The position numbers were made by a program, and so were the translations under genes. From contig CAWJMT010000037.1 in NCBI GenBank assembly GCA_963844035.1, positions 64,001 to 128,000 on the forward strand: a DNA stretch of 64,000 bases, in the 5' to 3' direction. This document shows, piece after piece, positions 11,381 through 22,188 of this stretch (positions are counted from its first letter, which is position 1; each line of letters starts with the position of its first letter). The notes under the pieces were generated by a model. It ran no database searches. It saw nothing but the letters and a program-made list of their open reading frames with translations, and was not told where the DNA came from. Source of the DNA: an uncultured Gemmatimonadales bacterium. Lineage in GTDB: Bacteria > Gemmatimonadota > Gemmatimonadetes > Gemmatimonadales > GWC2-71-9.

Positions 11381-11787
11381 GTGCCCGCCATGTCGTCCAC
11401 CCGCGGCGCGAGCAGGCGGTCCAATGCCTCGCGGAGCTTCTCCGGCGCGACCGGCTTCGAAAAGAACTCGTCGGCGCCCATCCCGAGCACGCGGCCCCTG
11501 AGCTGCGGATCGGTCACGCCGGTGAGGACGATGATCGGAACCGTCTTCAGCTGCTTGTTGGTGCTGGCCTTGAGCCGTTCGAGGACCTGGTACCCGCCGC
11601 CGCCCGGCATGCCGATGTCCAAAATGATGGCGTCCGGCGGCGTGCGGACCGCCAGCATGATGGTCTGCATCGCGTCCGCTGCGATCGAGATCTCGAACCC
11701 GCCCGCCTTCAGCACGCCTTCAAGCATGCTGATAGTGACGAGATCGTCGTCCGCGATGAGGATGTGTTTCCGCTTGAGTTTGCGCAC
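11377..11787 (-). CDS. Single-domain response regulator
   Basis: GTG 11787; ILIADDD...IILDIGMPGGGG...GADEFFSKP. Confidence 0.85.
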   Translation of the reverse strand: MRKLKRKHILIADDDLVTISMLEGVLKAGGFEISIAADAMQTIMLAVRTPPDAIILDIGMPGGGGYQVLERLKASTNKQLKTVPIIVLTGVTDPQLRGRVLGMGADEFFSKPVAPEKLREALDRLLAPRVDDMAGT

Positions 11788-11792
11788 GGACG

Positions 11793-13880
11793 CTACCGGC
11801 CGTTCCCGGGCTCGGGTGGAGCATCCAGCAGCTCCCGCACCCGGCGCGCCAGGTTCTCGGGCGTAAACGGTTTTTGGAGGAAGGCCAGCCCCGGCTCGAG
11901 CACGCCGTGGCTTACGATCGAGTCGTCCGCATGGCCGGACAGATAGAGCACGCGCATGTCTGGTCGTTCTGCTGTGAGGCGCCGCCCCACCTCCCGGCCG
12001 CTCATGCCCGGCATCACGACGTCGGTCACCAGGATGTGGATGGTGCCTTGGTGGAGCGCGGCCACGCGCAGCGCCTCCGGCCCGTCCGCGGCGGCGAGTA
12101 CCGCGTAGCCCTTGGTTTCCAGAATCTTGCGCGTCAACCGCCGCACCGGCTCCTGGTCCTCGACCACCAGGATCGTCTCGGCCCCGCCGTGCGGCGCGGC
12201 GTGGGTGATGTCCGATACCTGCCGGCTCGACGCGGGTGCCGGTGCGCGGCAGGTACACCTTGAAGATGCTACCGCGTCCCGTCTCGCTCTCGATCGACAC
12301 GTATCCCCCGCTCTGCTTCACGATTCCATACACGGTCGAGAGGCCCAAGCCCGGTTCCCTTGCCCCGCTCCTTGGTCGTGAAAAACGGCTCGAAGATGTG
12401 AGCCCGCGTCGCGGCGTCCATGCCGTGCCCGGTGTCGCTCACCGTCAGCACCACGTATGCGCCCGGGGGCCGGGACCTGGTCCGGCTCGTGTCCGGCACC
12501 GACCTCGATGTTCGCCGTTTCGATCGTCAGCGTCCCGCCGGTGGGCATGGCATCGCAGGCATTGACGACGAGGTTCATGATCACCTGCCCGATTTGCCCG
12601 GGGTCCGCCCGCACGGCGCCCAGGTCCGGTGCGAAGCGGGTGCGAAACGTGACGTCGGCCCGGATGAGCCGGCGCAACATCTTGTCCAGGTCGCTGACGA
12701 CCTCGCTGAGATCGAGCACCTGCGGGTCCAGGACCTGTTGCCGGCTGAAGGCGAGCAGCTGGCGGGTAAGGTCGGCCGCCCACATCGCCGCGTTGCGGAT
12801 CTCCTCCGCCTCTATGCGATCGGGGTGGTCCAGTCCGAGACGCGCGAGCAGCAGCTCGGACGACCCGAGGATGGCGGTGAGCAGATTGTTGAAGTCGTGC
12901 GCGATGCCGCCCGCCAGCCGGCCCACCGCTTCCATTTTTTGCGCCTGGCGGAGCTGCTGCTCGAGCCGCTGGCGCTCGGTGACGTCGAGCACGGTGCCCA
13001 CCATGCGGACCGGCCGGCCGGCCGGGTCCCGCAACACGGTGGAGCGCTCTTCGACGATCCGCTCCGACCCGTCGGGCCGGATCACCCGATGCTGAATGAA
13101 GTACGGCAAGCCGTGCTGCAAGGACCCTTGCACTGCGGCGTTGATGCGAGGCACATCTTCCGGCGGCACCGCCTTGAAGAACAGATCGTTGGAGACGGGG
13201 ACCGCACGGGGCTCGTACCCGAAGATCCGATACGTCTCGTCCGACCACCACAGCGGATTCTCATTGACGTTCTGAAGGTTCGTGAGGTCGAGCTCCCAGC
13301 TGCCGAGGTGTGCGGTCTCCTGCGCGCGGGCCAGTCGCGTCTCGCTTTCGCGCAGCGCGACTTCCGCGCGCTTACGCTCGATGGTCATGGCGATCTGCGC
13401 GGACACGAATGCCAGCATGCGCTCCTCCGCCTCCCCATACCGCACGCCCGGGGTATAGCTCTGCACGGCGAGCACGCCGATCGTCTTGTCGCCGATCTTC
13501 AACGGGACGCCCAGCCATTGAAGCGACGGGGTGCCGATCATCTCGGCGTCCCCGCGTTCCGTCAGCATGCGGTGGAGAGTCGTCGTCGGCCAGGAGCGGC
13601 TCGCCCGGTCCGCAGCACGTACTCCGTCAATCCCCGCCCGCTCCGCTTCGGGGGCGTGGGGCGCGTCGAACTCGTCCACGAAGTACGGGAAGCTGACGAC
13701 GTCGGTCGCCGCATCGTAGAGGGCGATGTAGAAGTTCGTGGCGGGCATCAGCTCGCCCACGATGCGGTGAATCTCGCGAAACAGCTCGTCCAGCGTGGCC
13801 GATGAGTGGGCCGCTTCCGAGATCCGGTACGTGGCGAGCTGGGTCTGCTCCGCCCGGTTGGAAGGCGTCGGGTCGCGCAT
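11793..13880 (-). CDS. Cytoplasmic GAF-PAS hybrid histidine kinase/response regulator (frameshifted)
   Basis: GAF ([21 protein letters not shown]), PAS ([10 protein letters not shown]), [30 protein letters not shown]-terminal REC ([17 protein letters not shown]). Confidence 0.9.
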
Positions 13881-14305
13881 CACGCGGACCGGAACCCGAC
13901 CGCGCGATGGCTGTTGTCGCAAAACGGCTTGTTGCCGGATGCACCGCAGCGGCACAGCGCCATGCGGGTGTCGGCTCGCACGAGCGCGCCGGCTCCGTCC
14001 TGGACTTCGACGCGACCGCGGATGTGCAGGGGACCGTTCGGGATCACGAGCACCTCCGGCTCCGGAGGCGGCGCTTCGGCAGGCCCGCCGTCCAGGAGGT
14101 CGGCGTGGAGGGCGCCGCTGGGGCAGCGCGCTACGACCGCCGCCACTGCGTCCGCAGCCGCTGCGTTCGGACGGATCCACGGGACCGCGTCCCGGTCGAA
14201 CACCGGCGGGAGGCCGCGCAGGCACTCCGCGGCGTGGATACAGAGGCGGGGATCGAAGTACACGACGAGTTCCTGACCGCGGTACGCCTTGCCCTTCCGC
14301 TCCAT
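13880..14305 (-). CDS. Divergent 4Fe-4S (YjdI-like) + CDGSH iron-sulfur domain protein
   Basis: CIHAAECLRG...CPSGAL then LCRCGASGNKPFCDNSH. Confidence 0.9.
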   Translation of the reverse strand: MERKGKAYRGQELVVYFDPRLCIHAAECLRGLPPVFDRDAVPWIRPNAAAADAVAAVVARCPSGALHADLLDGGPAEAPPPEPEVLVIPNGPLHIRGRVEVQDGAGALVRADTRMALCRCGASGNKPFCDNSHRAVGFRSA

Positions 14306-15985
14306 CTAGATCTCTCCTCGGCGCGCGAAGCCGGCGATGTACTCCCCGGCGCGGTACGCCAACGCCTGGATCGTACAGGTGGGCTGCCCCCGACCCGACG
14401 TCACGAAGCTGCTGCCGTCGCACAGGAAGAGGTTGGGGACGTCGTGGGTGCGATGGTGGCGATCCACCACCGACGTGCGCGGGTCGTCGCCCATCCGGCA
14501 GGTGCCCAGGAGGTGGACGGCGAAGGTGGACGGCTGCACCGGGGTCTTCCAGACGCGCCGCGCGCCCGGCCGCCTCGAGGATCTCCACCGCCTTGTCCTG
14601 AAGAAAGCGCATGGTGGCGAGGTCGTCGGGGTGATCCTGGTAGGTGAATCGCAGCGCCGGCAGCCCCCAGGCGTCCTTCAAGGCCGGATCGAGCGACACC
14701 GCGTTCGACTCGAGCGGCAGCGACGTGGTGTGGCCGGCCGCGACCATCGAGTGGGAGTACGACTCGCGCAGCAGACGCTTGTACTCAGGCCCCCAGGTCG
14801 GGTCGTCGGGCGCGAGGCCGCCGAACACCCCGCCGAGTGCATACCCGACCGGATAGCCGGTGAACCGGGCGTCGATCCCGCCGCCACCGTAGAAGCCGCG
14901 CGCCGGGTCGGTATCATAGAAGTCGTGGATCATGCGCGACGCCGCGACACTCTTCCATTCGTTGAGCGGCCGCTCGAAGGTTGCTCCCGACCTCAGCGTA
15001 GCCGTTGAACATCAGATGCTTGCCGACCAGCCCGCTCGAGTTCGCGAGGCCCTGCGGGAAGCGCTTCGACTGCGACATCAGCAGCAGCCGCGGCGTCTCG
15101 GCGCCGTTGGCGCACAGCACCACCGCCCGGGCGCGCTGCAGGTGCTCGACCTTGTGGTCGTCGAAATAGACCACGCCGACGGTGCGACCGGTGCGCTGGT
15201 CGATCTCGACCCCGCGCACGTAGCTGTTGGGCCGGATCTCGCAGTGGCCCGTCGCCTCCGCCATCGGGATGACCGTCGCCAGCGTGGACGACTTGGCGCC
15301 GAATTCGCACCCGAACGCGAGACAGAAGCCGCAATGGTGGCAGGGTTCGCCGTCCATGGAACGGCTGCGACAGGATCGCGAGCGGCGTCGGCTGCGAGTG
15401 GAATCCGAGCTTCGGCGCAGCCGCGCTCGAACAGCACGCCCGACGACTTCACCGGCAGCGGCGGCAGCGGGTACGGGCGCGAACGCGGCGCGTCGAACGG
15501 GCCGGGTACCCCCGACACACCCAGCTCCCATTCGGCCTTCGTGTAGTAGGGCTCGAGGTCGGCGTAGGTGATCGGCCAGTCGGCGAATCCGGTACCGCTG
15601 ATCGCGGCCGTGGCGGCTCGCTTCGATAAAGTCGATTTCGTGGAACCGCCAGTAGTTGGCGGTGAAGTGCACGCTGCCCCCGCCGACCAACCGGGCGTAC
15701 AGCAGCGGTGCCGGCGCCCTGCTTGGCCGGTTCATTCGGTGTCGGGGCGAAGGTCTGGGGCTGGAGCGCGGGGTTGTTGACGATCCCGCTGCGGAAGAAA
15801 TACTTGAACTCGTCGTGCTCGAACTGGCTGGGGTCGAGGCGCGGTCCCTGCTCGAGCACCACCACGGATAGCCCTGCGGTCGCGAGCTCCTTGGCGACGA
15901 TTCCCCCGGCCGCGCCGGAGCCCACCACGACGAAGTCCACGACGTCTTTGGGACGGAACCGCGCGCTCGGTCGCCGCATGCGCAC
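14306..15985 (-). CDS. GMC family oxidoreductase (gluconate 2-dehydrogenase flavoprotein-like), frameshifted
   Basis: VVGSGAAGG FAD motif, VGGGSVHF, CHHCGFC...C, ETPRLLLMS, HLLGTCRMG, PTCTIQALAYR across four frames. Confidence 0.9.
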
Positions 15986-15986
15986 T

Positions 15987-16578
15987 CTACTTCTTCCCCT
16001 CGGCGCCGGGCGGCGTCGTAGTCGCCGAACGGCGGCTGCCAGCGAAGCGGTCTTCGAAGCCGAGGATCCGCCAGCCGATGTGGTCGCGGTTGCCGCCCCA
16101 GGAGGGGTTCGCGAACGTGCCCGCGACCGTGACGAACCGTATCATCTTGAAAGAACGGCGTCTTCTCGGTCGCGCGCAGCAGCTCGATCTGGCGAGCGGG
16201 GGAGAGCGTGGCAAAGCGGCCCGCTCCGGGCCAGCGCTGTCTGCGCGTCGCCGATTGAGCTCGTCCAGCCCCTGGGCAAACGGGTCACGCTGGTCCTGCC
16301 CCCAGGTGGCGAGCGAGTGATCCACGAAATGGACCACGCCGGCCTCGCGTGCGCCCGGGAGATCGTCGGTGGGGATGATCTGCGCGGCGATCGCGTCTAC
16401 GTCGGCCGCTTGATCGGGGGTGAGGAACTCCCAGGTGGCGGCCCGGCGGCAGGCGAGCGGTGCGCGCATGGGCGAGGCTCGCGCGCAGCTGTTCCGGATC
16501 GGCGGCGAGCCACGCGGAGGCGATGGCGGTGCAGGAGGCGGTGAGGAAGGCGCGGCGGCCGAGCGAGTCATCGAACAT
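15987..16578 (-). CDS. Gluconate 2-dehydrogenase subunit 3 family protein with Tat signal (frameshifted)
   Basis: LGRRAFL Tat motif; IIPTDDLPGAREAGVVHFVD; GGNRDHIGWRILGF. Confidence 0.85.
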
Positions 16579-16646
16579 GGCGCCGGTAAGTATGCGGCTG
16601 GGCAGCCGTGGCCGCCACGCGGGGCGGCGGCTATTATACCAGAGCG

Positions 16647-17661
16647 ATGAAACAGCTCGTGATCACCCGTTATGGTCCGCCCGAAGTGCTGGCGGTGCGC
16701 GACGCCCCCGATCCTCCCGTTACGCCGGGCACGGTGCGCATCCGCGTCGCGGCCGCGGGGATCAACTTCTCCGACGTCATGGCCCGCCAGGGTCTCTATC
16801 CCGACGCGCCGAAGCCACCGTGCGTCATCGGGTACGAGGTCGCGGGTGTCGTGGACGCCGTGCGGAGTGGGGTGGTCGCGCCGCGGGTTGGTGACCGGGT
16901 GGTCGCGACGACGCGGTTCGGCGGCCAGAGCGAGCTGGTGGTGGTTCCCGCCCCGAACGTGTTTCCGCTCCCCGACGCCTGGAGCTTCGCACGAGGGCGC
17001 GGCCTTCCCGGTCGTCTTTCTCACGGCGCACCACATGCTCGTGCGGGTCGCAGCGGCGCAGCGCGGCGAAACCGTCCTGGTGCATGCGGCCGCGGGTGGG
17101 GTGGGACTCGCGGTGGCCGAGCTGGCCCGGATCCACGGCGTGCGGGTGCTCGGCCTCGCGTCGCCCGGGAAACACGACATCCTGCGAACCTACGGGGTTG
17201 AGCCCCTCGACCGCCTCGATCCTCGCTGGCCCGATGCCGTCCGCCGCCTGGCCCCCGGGGGCGTGGACATTGTGCTCGACGCAGTGGGGGGCGACTCGTG
17301 GCGCCAGGGGTACGCCCTGCTCGCACCGGTCGGCCGGCTGATTTGCTTCGGCGCCTCGGAGCTGTCGAGCGGCATGCGCCGCAATCTCTTCGCGCTCGTG
17401 TGGAAGGCGTTGCGGTGGCCCCGCTTCGCGCCGCTGACCCTGATGAACCGCAACCGCACGGTCGCGGGCGTGAACCTGGGGCACCTGTGGGACGCCGACC
17501 ATATCCTCCGGCCCCAGATCCAGGCCCTGCTGGGCTACGCGCGGGAGGGACGGATCCGACCCCGTGTGGACCGGGTATTTCCCGTGGCGGAGGCCGCCGC
17601 AGCCCACCGTCATATTCACGAGCGCCGCAACGTCGGTAAGGTCGTGCTGGCCTTTGGGTAG
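16647..17661 (+). CDS. Medium-chain dehydrogenase/reductase (VAT-1-like), frameshift ~16990
   Basis: GINFSDVMARQGLYPDAP, VLVHAAAGGVG, RRNVGKVVL. Confidence 0.9.
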
Positions 17662-17729
17662 GGATCCTGGGACCGCCTCCCGGCGTTATGGGAGGCGCGT
17701 AGCAGCTATACCTCACCGGAGTCTCCATA

Positions 17730-18314
17730 ATGCTTTTCGACTCGAGGATCGTCAGTTTGGGCTTGGTCGGCGCATTTGTCATGGGCCTGGCGGTCGCGCC
17801 GGCGCCTGCGACCGCCCAAAGCCATGGAAAAGGATGGAACCCGATGGAGTTCAAGAAGCCGAGCGATGCCGCCCTGAAGAGCTCGTTGACCCCGCTGCAG
17901 TACCAGGTGACGCAGCACGAGGGGACCGAGCGAGCTTTCAATAATGAATACTGGGATAACCACCGGGCGGGGATCTACGTGGATGTGATCTCCGGCGAGC
18001 CGCTGTTCAGCTCGCTCGACAAGTACGAGTCGGGCACGGGATGGCCCAGCTTCACGAAGCCGCTCGAGACCGGGAACGTGCGGGAGAAGACCGATCGGTC
18101 ACTGGGCATGGCGCGCACGGAGGTGCGGTCGGCCCACGCGGACTCGCATCTCGGGCACGTGTTCAACGACGGGCCGGCACCGACCGGCCAACGCTACTGC
18201 ATGAACTCGGCGGCGCTGCGGTTCATTCCGGTCGAGGAGCTGGAGAAAGCGGGATACGGGCAGTACCTGTCGCTCTTCCAGGGCGCCAAGGCGAAGGACC
18301 CAACGCACAAATAA
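17730..18314 (+). CDS. msrB: Peptide-methionine (R)-S-oxide reductase with signal peptide
   Basis: [30 protein letters not shown]; hydrophobic N-terminus ending ATA. Confidence 0.95.
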   Translation: MLFDSRIVSLGLVGAFVMGLAVAPAPATAQSHGKGWNPMEFKKPSDAALKSSLTPLQYQVTQHEGTERAFNNEYWDNHRAGIYVDVISGEPLFSSLDKYESGTGWPSFTKPLETGNVREKTDRSLGMARTEVRSAHADSHLGHVFNDGPAPTGQRYCMNSAALRFIPVEELEKAGYGQYLSLFQGAKAKDPTHK

Positions 18315-18603
18315 GCCGACGGCGCGCGGGCGTCACATGGTGAGGGTGGCGCCCGCCGCTTGAGGTCCCCCCGCCGCTTGATCGTCATCCCCCTGTGGCC
18401 GCAGTTCCTCGTCTGAAATAGTGAACGAAAACCGAAGAACCGGTTACACGTCGGCCCGACGCGACGACTCGCCCGGCGCGTTAGGGTCACGCGTTGCCAC
18501 GCGACCCCGACTTTGGGTAACCCGCCGACCTGTGACCCTGGCCCGGGTAACGGCACTCACCGATCTCCCCGCCGAGTCCATGCCACCATACCACGTGCTG
18601 GAA

Positions 18604-18627
18604 ACGCACCCGGGGGACCGGGTGCGT
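18604..18627 (+). promoter_or_regulatory. Perfect 10-bp hairpin with GNRA loop in the leader of the di-heme protein gene
   Basis: acgcacccgg-GGGA-ccgggtgcgt, ending 31 nt upstream of ATG 18659. Confidence 0.45.
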
Positions 18628-18658
18628 GTCGCCCTAACCATCATTTTGGAGTACTTCC

Positions 18659-19906
18659 ATGGCATCGTCGTCGAAGGTATTTCTCCTCCTGTGTGCCGGT
18701 GTTCTCCTCGGCGCCTGCGAAGAACAACCGACATCCGACGTCACCGCCCTCAATGACGACCCCGTTGAGGTCATCCCCTCGGCGGTGACGGCCGATCTGC
18801 AGTTCGCGAATGCCTCCACTTCCTTTGGCGATCCCCTGCCGCGCTTGACCGCGGAGCAGCAGGAACTGTTCGAGGAGGGGCTCGACGAGTTCTCGGAGGT
18901 GGAAGAACCGGACGAAGGGCTTGGCCCGGTCTTCAATGAAGCGGCCTGCCTGGTGTGCCACACGGACCCTGTGGGAGGCACCACGGGACGGCTGGAGACA
19001 CGCTTTGGGCGCAGGGGCAACAGCGGAAAGTTTGATCCGCTCGAGGCTCTTGGGGGCTCGCTGTTGCAAGACCAGGGGATCGGCGCGGTGGAAGACGGCT
19101 TCGTCTTCAAGGCGGAGAGAGTTCCGCGCGGCGCGAATGTGGTGGCGTCGCGGCTGACCACACCGCTGTTCGGCCTCGGCCTGGTGGACGCCGTCCCCGA
19201 CGCGGAGTTGATCGAACTGGCTCAGAAGCAAAAACGGTTCACGCACACCCCCGGCATCGCGAACATGGTAACGGACCTCGCAACGGGGGAGCAGCGCGTC
19301 GGCCGGTTTGGGTGGAAGGCGCAGGTGGCCACGTTGCAAACCTTCTCGGGTGATGCCTACCTGAACGAGATGGGCATCACGAATCCCATCTTCCCGAACG
19401 AGAGCTGTCCGCAAGGGAATTGTGCCGCACTTGCACACAACCCCATGCCGGAGCTGAACGATTCGGGGGCCGGCATTGAGGCGTTCAAGAACTTCATGAC
19501 GCTGCTCGCCCCGCCGCCCCGCGGGTCGGGGGCCAGCCGGACGGGGGAGGACATCTTCCAATCCATCGGCTGTGCGACATGCCACACCCCCAAATTGGCA
19601 ACGGGACCCAGCCCCATCGCCGCACTCGACCGCAAGGTCTTCCAGCCGTTCTCAGATTTTCTGTTGCACGACATGGGGCGGCTGGGGGATGGGATTACCC
19701 AGGGCAACGCGACGGGACGGCTGATGCGTACCGCCCCCCTCTGGGGTCTGCGCGTGCGGCCCGTTTTCCTCCACGATGGCCGGGCGACGACCGTCACGGC
19801 AGCGATCTTGGCGCACGATGGCCAGGGGCAGCGTGCCCGCGAGCGGTTCATCAACTTGAGCAGGGACAAGCGGCAGGCCCTGCTGGCGTATTTGAACTCG
19901 CTGTGA
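18659..19906 (+). CDS. Di-heme oxidoreductase (DHOR family) lipoprotein
   Basis: Lipobox LLGAC; GLGPVFNEAACLVCH, GRFGWKA, GCATCH, SDFLLHDMG, RTAPLWG, LHDGRA. Confidence 0.9.
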   Translation: MASSSKVFLLLCAGVLLGACEEQPTSDVTALNDDPVEVIPSAVTADLQFANASTSFGDPLPRLTAEQQELFEEGLDEFSEVEEPDEGLGPVFNEAACLVCHTDPVGGTTGRLETRFGRRGNSGKFDPLEALGGSLLQDQGIGAVEDGFVFKAERVPRGANVVASRLTTPLFGLGLVDAVPDAELIELAQKQKRFTHTPGIANMVTDLATGEQRVGRFGWKAQVATLQTFSGDAYLNEMGITNPIFPNESCPQGNCAALAHNPMPELNDSGAGIEAFKNFMTLLAPPPRGSGASRTGEDIFQSIGCATCHTPKLATGPSPIAALDRKVFQPFSDFLLHDMGRLGDGITQGNATGRLMRTAPLWGLRVRPVFLHDGRATTVTAAILAHDGQGQRARERFINLSRDKRQALLAYLNSL

Positions 19907-19943
19907 TGCAGCCGGCCGCTTTCCGATAACAGGCTGGCTCAAT

Positions 19944-19989
19944 GCACAACCGGGGCTCCTCGCAAGTGCGAGGAGCCCCGTTGTTGTGC
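19944..19989. terminator. Intrinsic terminator-like hairpin between convergent units
   Basis: cggggctcctcgc-aagt-gcgaggagccccg (13-bp stem) followed by ttgttg. Confidence 0.75.
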
Positions 19990-20149
19990 CGATTGTCGTC
20001 CACGGTACTCGCCCTGGAGGCACCATGTTCTACCACAGCCGCGTCAAACTGCTGTGCCTGACGGCGTTCCTCGCCGCGGTCCCCCGCGTACGAACAGGAT
20101 TTGCCGTCCTCTGCGATTGTCTCTCCTGTCGCGAAGCGGTGGTCAGACG

Positions 20150-22144
20150 TCAGGGCAGACTGATTCGATATACGGCCGGCATGAAGATCCCACGCCCCCG
20201 GTCGCTTGCGAAGTAGACGCTGCGCCCGTCTTCGGCCCAGGCAGGCTGGTTGTCGTTTCCCGTGCTGCGGCTGAGCTGCCGCTCGGCGCCGCTGGCGAGG
20301 TCGCGGAGCCATACGGTGTCCCACCCGCCGACCCGCCGCGAGAACACGAGTTGCGCGCCATCTGGCGAGTAGCGCGGGCCGCGCTCGTCGCCCCGCGCTG
20401 CCACGAGCGGGCGCAGCACGCCGCGCCCCAGATCGAGCTCGTGGAGGTGCCAGTGCCCCGCGCTGAGCCGCGCGAACGCCACGCGCCCGCCGTCCGGTGA
20501 GAGCGCCGGATCGGCGATCTCACCATCCGCGAGGGGCAGCGCGTGCCCCTGCCCGGGCGCGTCGAGGAGATACAACCGACCATTACACACCGCGACCAAG
20601 CGACGCCCATCGCTGGAGCTCGAGGGCAGCCCGCAGCTGAGATCCGCCGGGCTCCAATCCGTTCCGGACCCCGCGTGGACCCGGACCACGCGCGAGCGCC
20701 CGCCGGTCGCGATCTCGACGAACAAGTCCCGGCCCGCCGCGAACGCCGGGGCGAGCTGATGTCCATCCGCGGGAACCCCGGACGGCACGGCGCCGCGCAG
20801 CTGATAGTGGGCGCAGCCGGCGCACCCCAACACAGCGTAGACGAGCGCGCCACCCCCCGCCGTCGGCGACTCGAGGTGGAAGCCGTCCCAGGCCACCGGG
20901 ACGGCCCCGTCGACCGCGTGCGGGCGTGCGGCCCAGCCGGCATGCGCGAGCGAGACAATGACGATCGTGACCGCCGCGGCACGAGGCAGCCGCCACGGTC
21001 GCACCTCGCGCAACAGCAGGAAGAACAGCGCGGCCAGCGCGCAGAGCCGCAGGTGCAGCATCGGCCACGCATCAACGAGCGGCGACACCGCGAACAGGTA
21101 CAACCCGAGGGCCGCCGCCAGCGGACCCCAGCGGCGTTGGCGCCAGAGCTGCGGGATCCAACACGCGACGGGGACAATCGCCAGGAACGTATGGTAGGAA
21201 AACGCCGACGTGGACAGGAGGAGGAGCGCCAGCACCATCAGGCTGAGGGCCGGCGCGTCGCTGCGGTCGCGAATCGTGTAGAGGAGCAGGGCGAGCAGCG
21301 CCAGCAGCGACCCGACGCGCAGGAAATCGAACAGGAACGGTGAGTCGAGCAGCGGGTGTGGGTTCAGGGTCGGCTCGCGCACCAGCAGCACGCGCAGCAC
21401 GCTGGTCCAGCTCTGGAGCGCCGGGTGGAACGGCGTGTCGGTTTGGCCGGCGAGCGAGGCAGGGAGGATGCTCGCGAAGTAGTGCTCGTGGAGCGGCCAG
21501 CCGAGCACCCCGATGGACACGGCGTAGGTGATTGCGATTGCGGCCGCGAATGCCAGTGCCGCCCGCCACTCGCGCCGGACGAGCAGGTACGCGAGGAGCG
21601 GAGCGGGATAGAGCTTGAGGGCGGTCCCCAGGCCCAGCAACGCTCCCGCGCCCAAAGAGCGGCCGTTGCGCAGCAGCAGGAGCGCCACGGCGATGAGGAG
21701 CGTGAGCGCGATGTAGAACTGCCCGAACAGAAAGTTGTCGTGGAGGCTGGTCCCGGAGAGGGCGGCGAGCGCGAGTCCGGCCCACAGCGGCAGGCCGCCG
21801 AGGCGCCGCAGCGCCAGGAGCAGCGCGATGAGCATCACCAGGTTGGCGGCGGTCCACGCGGTCTTGGCCGCGATGGGGTCCAGTCCGCCGATGGGGACGA
21901 GCGGCAGCGCCGCGGGGGGCGGGAAGTAGTTGAACCCGCCCAGGGCGCGGTGGATCCCTGCGTATTCCATCTGCCGCTGAAACCAGGAGAACTCGTACAG
22001 GCGCGCGGTGGACTCGCCGCGCACGATCAACCGCGCAGGGATGTAATAGTTCGAGAAATCCGTTTCGATGCGGCGGGCGGCCGGGAGGACGGCGCTCCAG
22101 AGGATGTAGGCGAGACTCACCCCGGCGACGAGAATCTGTCGCAC
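20150..22144 (-). CDS. GT87/DUF2029 glycosyltransferase fused to a TolB/PD40 beta-propeller
   Basis: GTG 22144; TDFSNYY, FNYFPPPA, GQF, ALKLYPA (GT87); C-terminal PALSPDG, PRYSPDG, PAWAEDG repeats. Confidence 0.8.
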   Translation of the reverse strand: MRQILVAGVSLAYILWSAVLPAARRIETDFSNYYIPARLIVRGESTARLYEFSWFQRQMEYAGIHRALGGFNYFPPPAALPLVPIGGLDPIAAKTAWTAANLVMLIALLLALRRLGGLPLWAGLALAALSGTSLHDNFLFGQFYIALTLLIAVALLLLRNGRSLGAGALLGLGTALKLYPAPLLAYLLVRREWRAALAFAAAIAITYAVSIGVLGWPLHEHYFASILPASLAGQTDTPFHPALQSWTSVLRVLLVREPTLNPHPLLDSPFLFDFLRVGSLLALLALLLYTIRDRSDAPALSLMVLALLLLSTSAFSYHTFLAIVPVACWIPQLWRQRRWGPLAAALGLYLFAVSPLVDAWPMLHLRLCALAALFFLLLREVRPWRLPRAAAVTIVIVSLAHAGWAARPHAVDGAVPVAWDGFHLESPTAGGGALVYAVLGCAGCAHYQLRGAVPSGVPADGHQLAPAFAAGRDLFVEIATGGRSRVVRVHAGSGTDWSPADLSCGLPSSSSDGRRLVAVCNGRLYLLDAPGQGHALPLADGEIADPALSPDGGRVAFARLSAGHWHLHELDLGRGVLRPLVAARGDERGPRYSPDGAQLVFSRRVGGWDTVWLRDLASGAERQLSRSTGNDNQPAWAEDGRSVYFASDRGRGIFMPAVYRISLP

Positions 22145-22188
22145 ACGGCTGCGTCCCGGCGGCGCCGGGGGCTGCACGCTGCTCGTAC

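Noticed and set aside
9818..13805. Long antisense ORFs (e.g. 9818-11866 +, 12420-13805 +; also 37996-39354 -, 54093-55697 -)
   Set aside because: These are shadow ORFs expected in high-GC DNA opposite well-supported genes, with no recognisable motifs.
12318..14933. 871-aa GMC-kinase fusion suggested by the ORF track
   Set aside because: It is an artefact of frameshifts; the region resolves into the GMC C-terminus, the CDGSH gene and a kinase starting at 13880.
19986..20216. 76-aa Cys-containing ORF after the terminator
   Set aside because: It has no recognisable motif, overlaps the GT87 gene end and has atypical codon usage.
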